A stretch of 64,000 bases of DNA from Nitrospirota bacterium (GTDB lineage: Bacteria > Nitrospirota > Thermodesulfovibrionia > Thermodesulfovibrionales > JdFR-85): the NCBI GenBank assembly GCA_015492645.1, contig WGER01000068.1, positions 23,605 through 87,604 on the forward strand, in the 5' to 3' direction. The notes under the pieces were generated by a model. It ran no database searches and was not told the DNA's origin. It saw nothing but the letters and a program-made list of their open reading frames with translations. Made by a program: the position numbers and the translations under genes. This document shows positions 29,218-36,636 of this stretch, piece after piece (the first letter of the stretch is position 1; each line of letters opens with the position of its first letter).

Positions 29218-29480
29218 GGACCGTAGATTGCCGTTAGAAATGTGTGCTTTTGCGGCAGGGACTGCCTCAAAACATGATTTATGCGACAATTTTAATCAAA
29301 AGATTTCAGCCTTTTTTCACCTAATAGGTGAAACGTCATTACATTTGCCATGGCACTTGTGGTGTCGCTGAAATTCTGATTTTTCGGCAGGGGTTCCCAG
29401 GAAAATCGTGGATTTTCCTGGGCTGAGTTCCTGCTGCCCACTGTAGTTTTGACCGAAAGCCTAACGACAAATCTGGGACC
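29218..29480 (+). repeat. Intergenic mosaic repeat, locus C part 2: most complete cassette (inverted M3 - M4 - M1 - M2 - M3)
   Basis: Inverted M3 at 29223-29257. M4 at 29264-29311, sharing the 18-nt identity AACATGATTTATGCGACA with 48136-48153. M1 at 29347-29390. M2 is a perfect 10-bp hairpin, CCCAGGAAAATCGTGGATTTTCCTGGG, at 29396-29422. M3 at 29446-29480. Confidence 0.8.
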
Positions 29481-29493
29481 GGATATATTTGTT

Positions 29494-29521
29494 TTGGAAG
29501 ACAGTGGTTTTAGTGTATAAT
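29494..29521 (+). promoter_or_regulatory. Putative promoter of nrdJ-pdxJ-acpS-nnr operon (leaderless)
   Basis: TTGGAA (29494-29499) - 16 nt - TATAAT (29516-29521) - 5 nt - ATG 29527. No Shine-Dalgarno sequence. Confidence 0.45.
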
Positions 29522-29526
29522 TTAAT

Positions 29527-31257
29527 ATGCTTCAACTGTCACAGAATGCCCTCAAGGTGCTGAGAGCGAGGTATCTACTGAAGAATGAAAGGGGAGAGGT
29601 GGTTGAGACACCTGAGCAGATGTTCCACAGGGTGGCCACTCATGTTGCTTCCAGCGAGGATCTCTATGGTGGTGACAGGGCATACTGGCAGGAGAGGTTT
29701 TATGATATTATGACATCCCTCAGATTTCTGCCAAATTCTCCCACCCTGATGAATGCTGGCAAGGAACTTGGCCAACTCGCCGCCTGCTTTGTCCTTCCTG
29801 TGGAAGACTCGATGAAGAGCATCTTTGATACACTCAAACATGCGGCCCTGATTCTGCAGAGCGGGGGAGGTACAGGGTTTTCCTTTTCCCGCCTTAGGCC
29901 GAAATCCGATATCGTCAAGTCTACAGGTGGGATTGCGAGCGGTCCGGTATCATTTATGAAGATATACAATACTGCCACTGAGGTGATCAAGCAGGGCGGT
30001 GCAAGGAGAGGGGCAAATATGGGTATCCTGAGGGTTGATCACCCGGATATACTCGAGTTTGTCAGGGCGAAGATGGACAGAGAGGAACTGACCAATTTCA
30101 ACATCTCTGTGGCTATTACGGATGAGTTTATGGAGGCATTGAAGAGGGATGGTTATTACAATCTCATTAATCCAAGAACAGGACAGATGGTCGGGAGGCT
30201 AAAGGCCCGTGAGGTCTTTAACGAGATGGTCAGGTGTGCATGGCTTACCGGAGATCCAGGACTGGTGTTTATAGACAGGATCAACAGAGACAACCCCACC
30301 CCCCACCTCGGCAGGATAGAGAGCACAAACCCCTGTGGAGAACAGCCACTTCTTCCCTACGAGGCCTGTGTACTCGGTTCTATCAACCTCTCAAAGTTTG
30401 TACTCAACCCGATCACGGATAACCCTGACAATACCCCGACAATAGATTACCAGAGATTGAGGGATGACATATACACTGCTGTAAGGTTTCTTGATGACTG
30501 CATAGATGCCAGCAGGTATCCGCTTGAGGAGATTGAGAGGATGCACAAGGGGAACAGAAAGATCGGTCTCGGTGTTATGGGGTGGGCGGATATGCTGGTG
30601 ATGCTGGGTGTCCAGTACAACTCCCGCAGGGGGTTCAGACTTGCAGAGGAGGTGATGGGTTTTATCCAGAAGACATCAAAGGAGGCATCTCAAAGACTGG
30701 CTGAGGAGAGGGGTGTATTCCCCAATTTTAAGGGCTCAATATACGACAGGCCGGGTATGCCGAAGGTGAGGAATGCCACAACCACCACCATAGCGCCCAC
30801 AGGCACCCTTTCAATCATTGCAGACTGCTCAAGCGGCATTGAACCCTATTTTGCCCTTGCCTACAAGAGGTATGTACTGGATACAGAACTGCCAGAGGTG
30901 AACAGGTACTTCTTCAAACTGGCAAAATTGATGGGTTTTTATTCACCTGAACTGGAAAGGGAGGTGATCAGAAAGGGGAACCTGAGGGGGGTGAAGGGGG
31001 TCCCGACAAAGGTGAAGAAACTCTTCAAGACTGCACTTGAGATACCTCCTGATGACCATATCGAGATGCAGGCGTCCTTTCAGAGACATACTGACAATGC
31101 GGTATCAAAGACGATAAATCTTCCAAGGTCAGCAAAACCTGAGGATGTGGAGAGGGCCTTCCTGCTCGCCTATGAGAAGGGTTGTAAGGGGATAACCGTT
31201 TTCAGATATGGCTCCAGGAAGAGGGGCACATTGGTGAGGTTTGATGATACCTATTGA
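29527..31257 (+). CDS. nrdJ: Adenosylcobalamin-dependent (class II) ribonucleotide reductase
   Basis: NALKVLRARYLLKNERGEVVETPEQMFHRVA, PNSPTLMNAG, GGGTGFSFSRLRP, STNPCGEQPLLPYEACVLGSINL and AVSKTINLP match the compact monomeric-type class II RNR. Confidence 0.85.
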   Translation: MLQLSQNALKVLRARYLLKNERGEVVETPEQMFHRVATHVASSEDLYGGDRAYWQERFYDIMTSLRFLPNSPTLMNAGKELGQLAACFVLPVEDSMKSIFDTLKHAALILQSGGGTGFSFSRLRPKSDIVKSTGGIASGPVSFMKIYNTATEVIKQGGARRGANMGILRVDHPDILEFVRAKMDREELTNFNISVAITDEFMEALKRDGYYNLINPRTGQMVGRLKAREVFNEMVRCAWLTGDPGLVFIDRINRDNPTPHLGRIESTNPCGEQPLLPYEACVLGSINLSKFVLNPITDNPDNTPTIDYQRLRDDIYTAVRFLDDCIDASRYPLEEIERMHKGNRKIGLGVMGWADMLVMLGVQYNSRRGFRLAEEVMGFIQKTSKEASQRLAEERGVFPNFKGSIYDRPGMPKVRNATTTTIAPTGTLSIIADCSSGIEPYFALAYKRYVLDTELPEVNRYFFKLAKLMGFYSPELEREVIRKGNLRGVKGVPTKVKKLFKTALEIPPDDHIEMQASFQRHTDNAVSKTINLPRSAKPEDVERAFLLAYEKGCKGITVFRYGSRKRGTLVRFDDTY

Positions 31258-31269
31258 GAGGAGGATACA

Positions 31270-31992
31270 ATGATACTGGGTGTAAATGTTGATCATGTGG
31301 CCACGGTAAGACAGGCGAGGGGTACCTTTGAGCCTGACCCGGTTATGGCCGCTGTGCTCGCCATACTGGGAGGGGCTGATGGGATTACAGTCCACCTGAG
31401 AGAGGACCGCCGCCACATCCAGGATAGGGACCTGAAGTTGCTCAGAGAGATTGTGCCTGTGGAGTTGAATCTGGAGATGGCAGCCACGGATGAGATGGTT
31501 AAGATAGCCCAGGAGGTTAGGCCTGATATGGTGACTATAGTACCGGAGAGGAGAGAGGAACTCACAACAGAGGGTGGGCTTGATGTGAGAGGACTGAAGA
31601 AGAGACTGAGGGATGTGGTGAAGGTGCTACATGGTTCAGGCATCCAGGTGAGTTTCTTCATCAATCCTGATCCAAAGGATGTAGCATTGTCAAAGGAAAT
31701 TGGCGCTGACATGGTAGAGATTCATACAGGGCATTATGCAAATGCGAGGGGTAAAAAGCAACTCGATGAACTGGAGCAGGTGAAAAAGGCGGTCCAGAAG
31801 GGATTAAAACTGGACCTTCAGGTGAACGCAGGACACGGTCTCACCTACTATAATGTCAGACCAATCGCCTCTATCCCTGGATTGAGGGGGCTTTACATCG
31901 GACACAGTATAGTCTCAAGGGCGGTGCTTGTCGGGATACAGGAGGCGGTCAGACAGATGAAGGCCCTGATAGAGAGTGCCTCCTGTAGATGA
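31270..31992 (+). CDS. pdxJ: Pyridoxine 5'-phosphate synthase
   Basis: [35 protein letters not shown], and VELNLEMA. Confidence 0.92.
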   Translation: MILGVNVDHVATVRQARGTFEPDPVMAAVLAILGGADGITVHLREDRRHIQDRDLKLLREIVPVELNLEMAATDEMVKIAQEVRPDMVTIVPERREELTTEGGLDVRGLKKRLRDVVKVLHGSGIQVSFFINPDPKDVALSKEIGADMVEIHTGHYANARGKKQLDELEQVKKAVQKGLKLDLQVNAGHGLTYYNVRPIASIPGLRGLYIGHSIVSRAVLVGIQEAVRQMKALIESASCR

Positions 31993-32351
31993 TCCATTCC
32001 GTAGGTGTGGATATAGTTGAGGTAGCCCGTATAAGGGAGGCTGTACAGAGGTGGGGGGAGAGGTTTTTGAAGCGGGTCTTTACAGATGAAGAGGTGAGGT
32101 ACTGCTTGAGGAGGAGAAACCCCTATCCCTGTCTGGCAGCGAGATTTGCCCTGAAAGAGGCCTTTATCAAGGCATTGAGACCGGAGGTCCCTGTTGGGTT
32201 CAGACAGATAGAGGTGAAAAACGACTCCCGGGGGGCGCCTTATGTTGAACTACGTGGTCTTTGTCTGGATGACAGGAGGGTCCATTTAAGCATCAGTCAT
32301 GAAAATGAATTTGCCGTTGCTGTGGTGGTTATAGAGGAGGTACAGAGGTGA
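31989..32351 (+). CDS. acpS: Holo-[acyl-carrier-protein] synthase
   Basis: [11 protein letters not shown]..., [12 protein letters not shown], and [15 protein letters not shown]. 120 aa. Confidence 0.88.
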   Translation: MIHSVGVDIVEVARIREAVQRWGERFLKRVFTDEEVRYCLRRRNPYPCLAARFALKEAFIKALRPEVPVGFRQIEVKNDSRGAPYVELRGLCLDDRRVHLSISHENEFAVAVVVIEEVQR

Positions 32352-33910
32352 AGGTCGTTACATCATCACAGATGCAGGAGATTGACAGGGTGAGTATAGA
32401 AGAGATTGGTATCCCTTCATTGGTGCTGATGGAGAGGGCGGGACTTGCTGTGGTCAGAAGGATCAAGGAGTGTTATGAAGGGTCTCCTGTGGTGGTGGTT
32501 GCAGGGGGTGGTAACAACGGTGGAGACGGTCTTGTGGTGGCAAGAGAACTCTTCAGACAGGGGTATGATGTGACCGCCTTTGTGACTACTGAAAGAGAGA
32601 GGTTGAGTGAGGACTGCAGGAGCCAACTGGAGATAGCAGAGAGGATAGGGGTGCCAGTGAGGGTGAATCAACTGCCGAAGATACAGCACCTGAGGGGACG
32701 CTTAATTGTAGATGCCCTCTTTGGTACAGGGCTGAACAGACCGATAAGGGAACCCCTCTCGACCCTTATAGAACGTATAAATCGGGCTGGTACTCAGGTG
32801 GTGGCGGTAGATATACCTTCAGGGGTCTCTGCTGATACAGGAGGGGTCCTCGGGATTGCCGTAAGGGCAGATATCACGGTGACCTTTGGCCTTCCGAAGG
32901 TGGGCCATCTCCTTTATCCAGGCAGGCACTATACAGGCCGTCTTTATGTAGAAGATATAGGATTTCCAGAGGCCCTGCTACAGAGTGACAGCATAAAGAC
33001 AGAACTGGTTGAGGCCCCTCAGGTGAGATCAGCACTGCCCTACAGAGACCCTGCGGGTCACAAGGGGACATTTGGACACGTCCTGGTGGTGGGTGGTTCT
33101 GTGGGGAAAACAGGTGCAGCATTGATGACCGCAAGGGCTTCACTCAAGATAGGAGCCGGCCTGGTGACTGTCGGTATACCAGAGGATGCCCTCGGTGGCC
33201 TCTCGGTTGTTGAAGAGATGACCCTTCCGCTTCCCTCCACTCCTGTGGGTACTGTTAGCAGAGAGGCGACCGAGGAGATCCTCAGGTTCATCCATGAGAG
33301 GGCAGATGTGCTTGCAGTGGGTCCAGGGCTCGGCAGGCAGGAAGAGACCATGGAGTTGGTGGTTGAGGTGATCAGGGGTTCAACCGTACCTGTGGTGGTG
33401 GATGCTGATGCGTTGTATGCACTGAGTAGACTGGGTAAGGGGGTTTATGATTTCCTCTACAATGAGGTCTCCTCACCCCTTGTCCTTACCCCCCATCCGG
33501 CAGAGATGGGGAGGCTCCTTTCAAGGGATGCGAGGGAGGTAGACAGGGACCGTCTGGAGGTAGCAAGGTATTTTGCTGCTCGGACAGGCATGTGTGTAGT
33601 CCTGAAGGGTGCCCCTACAGTGGTGGCCTCTCCTGAGGAATACTGCTACATCAACTCCACAGGAGGGTCATCTCTTGCAACAGCAGGCTCTGGGGATATC
33701 CTTACGGGTATGATAGCAGGCCTCATAGCACAGGGTGTTGCACCACTGGAGGCGGCGATTGCAGGTGTCTGGCTGCATGGGCTGGCAGGCGATATCGGTG
33801 CCTCTAAGGTAACGGAGTACTCATTCACAGCCTCTGATATTCTCACCTTCCTGCCCGAGGCCCTTAAGAGTCTCCTAAAAACCTGTTCAACCTCTCTATC
33901 CTGTACTTGA
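32348..33910 (+). CDS. nnr: Bifunctional NAD(P)H-hydrate epimerase / ADP-dependent (S)-NAD(P)H-hydrate dehydratase
   Basis: N-terminal YjeF_N (VVVAGGGNNGGDGLVVAR, DALFGTGLNRP). C-terminal carbohydrate-kinase-like region (KGTFGHVLVVGGS, VVDADAL, TAGSGDILTGMIAGL). GTG start at 32348. Confidence 0.88.
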   Translation: MKVVTSSQMQEIDRVSIEEIGIPSLVLMERAGLAVVRRIKECYEGSPVVVVAGGGNNGGDGLVVARELFRQGYDVTAFVTTERERLSEDCRSQLEIAERIGVPVRVNQLPKIQHLRGRLIVDALFGTGLNRPIREPLSTLIERINRAGTQVVAVDIPSGVSADTGGVLGIAVRADITVTFGLPKVGHLLYPGRHYTGRLYVEDIGFPEALLQSDSIKTELVEAPQVRSALPYRDPAGHKGTFGHVLVVGGSVGKTGAALMTARASLKIGAGLVTVGIPEDALGGLSVVEEMTLPLPSTPVGTVSREATEEILRFIHERADVLAVGPGLGRQEETMELVVEVIRGSTVPVVVDADALYALSRLGKGVYDFLYNEVSSPLVLTPHPAEMGRLLSRDAREVDRDRLEVARYFAARTGMCVVLKGAPTVVASPEEYCYINSTGGSSLATAGSGDILTGMIAGLIAQGVAPLEAAIAGVWLHGLAGDIGASKVTEYSFTASDILTFLPEALKSLLKTCSTSLSCT

Positions 33911-34967
33911 GGATTATACTGATGAACCTCTCATCCCTCATCGGTTCCGAACGCATCCAGTAGAGATGTCCCTTGCATTTGCAGTCAGAGGATCCAACAC
34001 CTTGAACCACACCGTCAGCAATCGCGCTCACCTCCTTGGAGAGGAGGCACTCTAAAGCCTCTGAGGCCCTTATCGGGATGGGCCTTATCGACTCTGCTAC
34101 GGACAGTACAGTGTCTATATGCCAGTGGTGACGCTTTCTTCTCCTCAGGTGTCTGTTTATCCTCTTCACGAGGGAGTTCATGGCAGAACCCACGTATATG
34201 TAATGGCCCCTCTGGAGGTCTATCTCACCGAGACTGCCGACCTTCAGTCTTCGGGGAGTTCTCACTTCAAAGACAAGGAGGTATGCCCCCCTGTCCCTTG
34301 CCTCCATCTCATATACATGCCAGGGGATGGACAATTCCCTGACAGGAAGGCACTCAAGTGGCTCGGTATCCCACCTGAGTGCTACTGCTTTAAGAAGCAG
34401 ACGCCTTCTGTACCTGTAGAGCGTGTCTGAGAATTGCGGGTCTGTGTGGAAGTCAGGGAGAAAGAACTCCGGATGGGGTGCATGAACAAGGAAAAGGACC
34501 CCGCCTCCTGACTCACCGAGCACCTCAACATGCCTCCTGCCACGTAGCGTCACTGCATCAGGGAACATCGCAATCCGACTCCCGAAGAGTGTACAGGATT
34601 TCACCTCAAGGAGGAGCCTCCTCTGTCCTTTCTCAATGAGGAAGTCAAACCTGTGTCCACCGTAATTGACCTCTCTTCTGAGGACACTGTAACCCTCAAG
34701 CCCGGGTATCATATCACTCTGAAGCATTTTTTCTGCTACCTTGGTGGTATAATGGGTATGAAGGAGTACGGGTATACCATCCCTATTCACAGCCCATACT
34801 GTATAAGGGATTTTCCCTTTTGATTTCCTGAGATAAACGGTCCGGCCAGGCAGGAGCAGTTCCCAGAGCCTGCCAGGATTGGGCAGATAGGCCGTAATGG
34901 GGCGGCCGTTCAGTCTACAGAGCAGGGTAAACCTGTTCAGCCTCTCTATTATTGAGGCCTCTATCAA
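33864..34967 (-). CDS. sfsA: Fusion protein: SfsA (sugar fermentation stimulation / nuclease-fold DNA-binding) N-terminal + DUF123 (GIY-YIG-like) C-terminal
   Basis: The N-terminal portion, roughly the first 60% of the 367 aa protein, carries the SfsA pattern IIERLNRFTLLCRLNGRPITAYLPNPGRLWELL...HRFDFLIE...LLEVKSCTL...FPDAVTLRGRRHVEVL. The remaining C-terminal portion reads GAYLLVFEV...LKVGSLGEIDLQRGHYIYVGSAMNSLVKRINRHLRRRKRHHWHIDTVL, the DUF123 signature. The apparent start codon is TTG, so the start is uncertain. Confidence 0.7.
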   Translation of the reverse strand: MIEASIIERLNRFTLLCRLNGRPITAYLPNPGRLWELLLPGRTVYLRKSKGKIPYTVWAVNRDGIPVLLHTHYTTKVAEKMLQSDMIPGLEGYSVLRREVNYGGHRFDFLIEKGQRRLLLEVKSCTLFGSRIAMFPDAVTLRGRRHVEVLGESGGGVLFLVHAPHPEFFLPDFHTDPQFSDTLYRYRRRLLLKAVALRWDTEPLECLPVRELSIPWHVYEMEARDRGAYLLVFEVRTPRRLKVGSLGEIDLQRGHYIYVGSAMNSLVKRINRHLRRRKRHHWHIDTVLSVAESIRPIPIRASEALECLLSKEVSAIADGVVQGVGSSDCKCKGHLYWMRSEPMRDERFISIILKYRIERLNRFLGDS

Positions 34968-35000
34968 TGCTACGAGGCCCCTTTGATCAACATTATGGGG

Positions 35001-35477
35001 CTATTTGACCTGTCTGCTGAACTCACCACTCTTTCCTCCCCTCTTTTCAAGGAGCATCACATCGGTTATGGTCATCTCCCTGTCCACTGCCTTACACATG
35101 TCATAGACCGTAAGGGCGGCAATACTTACAGCAGTGAGGGCCTCCATCTCAACCCCTGTCTGAGCCACGGTCTTTACTCTGGAGTTTATCTGGAGGGTCT
35201 GTTCATCGAGGAACTCAAAGTCAACCTCAACAGAGGTGACGGAGATAGGATGGCAGAGGGGGATCAACTGCCATGTCTTCTTGGCACCCATGATCCCTGC
35301 TACCCTTGCCACCTGAAGGACATCACCCTTCTTCATCCTTCCCTCCTTGATGAGTTTCATCGTCTCCTTCTTCATCCTGACCCTTGAGATGGCGACCGCC
35401 TCACGGACTGTGGACGGCTTGTTTGACACATCCACCATCCTTGCCCTGCCCTCTCTGTCTAAATGGGTGAGTTCCAT
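35001..35477 (-). CDS. moaC: Cyclic pyranopterin monophosphate synthase accessory protein
   Basis: [25 protein letters not shown], and [24 protein letters not shown]. Confidence 0.92.
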   Translation of the reverse strand: MELTHLDREGRARMVDVSNKPSTVREAVAISRVRMKKETMKLIKEGRMKKGDVLQVARVAGIMGAKKTWQLIPLCHPISVTSVEVDFEFLDEQTLQINSRVKTVAQTGVEMEALTAVSIAALTVYDMCKAVDREMTITDVMLLEKRGGKSGEFSRQVK

Positions 35478-35560
35478 GCTACCTCCATGATGTCTGAAGT
35501 TTGGACTGCTTCATAGATGGATTCTATGAAAAAAGAGACCCTTCCGTCAAATGAGAATGA

Positions 35561-36268
35561 TCACACTTCGGAAGTGTGATTATGGTTTGAGAGGATATCC
35601 ATCAGGCTCCGGAGTTTGAGGAGGTGGGGCTGTCCAGGTGCCTTCTCTTCCCCCACCGCACCGAAGGTAAAGCAGGAGCCAATAAATGGTAAAAGGACCC
35701 TGCTCAGCAGGGACATCCTTCCCATACAGAGGGTCACAACCCTTCCAGGATAGTTGATGGTGAGCCGGGCCAGCCTTAGGAAGTCGGTGTAGGTATTTGC
35801 AAGGGTTGCAATTTTTACGAGATCGGCACCTCTGTCAAAACCCATTTCACAGAGGTCAGTCAGTGCTCTCTCTTCCGGGGTATGATTGAAGTTGTGATAG
35901 GAACCTATGAGGAGCCTGCCCTGGGTCTTTACCTCGTTCCTCACCTTTTCAAATATCTCTGACCGTATCTCTACATCAAGCAGGTCTGCCAGAGGGATAA
36001 AGACACTGTATAGGGATAGCCTGTGTTCTGGGGAGATATGGACTCTGCCCCCCTCAGTGTGGTCTCTGAGGGTACCTATTATTGGTTTCCCAAATTCTCT
36101 CACCTTCAAAAAGACATCCCTTATCCGCTCCTTTCTGAGTTCACCAAACCAGTCGACCCTCAGTTCTATCAGGTCTGTTGCCTGGAGTATCTCTTCAGTG
36201 ACGAGTCCCAGTTCAGCATCTGACAGGGAGGCAGCAATGGCGGGCCTCAGAAAGGTTGGAGCGGTCAT
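35561..36268 (-). CDS. aroD: Type I 3-dehydroquinate dehydratase
   Basis: ELRVDWF, IGTLRDHTEGG, SYHNFNHTP, and GADLVKIATLANT (the catalytic Lys in a VKIA context). 235 aa. Confidence 0.8.
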   Translation of the reverse strand: MTAPTFLRPAIAASLSDAELGLVTEEILQATDLIELRVDWFGELRKERIRDVFLKVREFGKPIIGTLRDHTEGGRVHISPEHRLSLYSVFIPLADLLDVEIRSEIFEKVRNEVKTQGRLLIGSYHNFNHTPEERALTDLCEMGFDRGADLVKIATLANTYTDFLRLARLTINYPGRVVTLCMGRMSLLSRVLLPFIGSCFTFGAVGEEKAPGQPHLLKLRSLMDILSNHNHTSEV

Positions 36269-36273
36269 CCCCT

Positions 36274-36636
36274 TCAGGTGATGAACTCCTGTTCTATCTT
36301 TGGTACCACAGTCCTGAGTACGAACCTTGCCTTTCCGTAGTTGGCGTCAGGTTTGAGTACTACGGTAATGTAATACTCATCGGTTATCTTTCTCATAATG
36401 ATCCCACAGGAATCAGCGATTACAGAAAACTCACGTGCCTTACCTATCCCGAGATCCTCTGAAGCGAGTTCAATATCCTTTATAAGGGTTGAGGCCTCTG
36501 CTGAGAGGTCATTAAAATCGATCAGTCTCTCTGTCGTATACTCTTCTACAGGGATACCATCTGAGGCGAGGATTATACAGGAGGTAGCGCCCTCGATCCT
36601 CTCCACCACCTCTCTAAGCACTTCCGAAAAACTCAT
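36274..36636 (-). CDS. Roadblock/LC7 (MglB-like) domain protein
   Basis: 120 aa. LREVVERIEGATSCIILASDGIPVEEY...AEASTLIKD...IIMRKITDEYYITVVLKPDANYGKARF matches the Robl_LC7 alpha-beta-alpha sandwich pattern. Confidence 0.7.
   Translation of the reverse strand: MSFSEVLREVVERIEGATSCIILASDGIPVEEYTTERLIDFNDLSAEASTLIKDIELASEDLGIGKAREFSVIADSCGIIMRKITDEYYITVVLKPDANYGKARFVLRTVVPKIEQEFIT

Noticed and set aside
29315-29333. Hairpin TTTCACC-TAATA-GGTGAAA, considered as an intrinsic terminator.
   Set aside because: It is not followed by a T-run on either strand, and no gene ends nearby in the appropriate orientation.
29038-29372. Two near-identical 26-nt direct repeats 309 nt apart: could this be a CRISPR array?
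   Set aside because: There are only two copies, the spacing is far larger than CRISPR spacers, no cas genes are present, and the repeat (M1) also occurs singly at other loci.
29300-29526. Possible cobalamin riboswitch upstream of the B12-dependent nrdJ.
   Set aside because: I found no B12-box-like sequence (AGYCMGGAGACCKGCC-type core). The region is explained by the dispersed repeat modules, which also occur upstream of unrelated genes. A -10 box sits 5 nt from the ATG, leaving no room for an expression platform.
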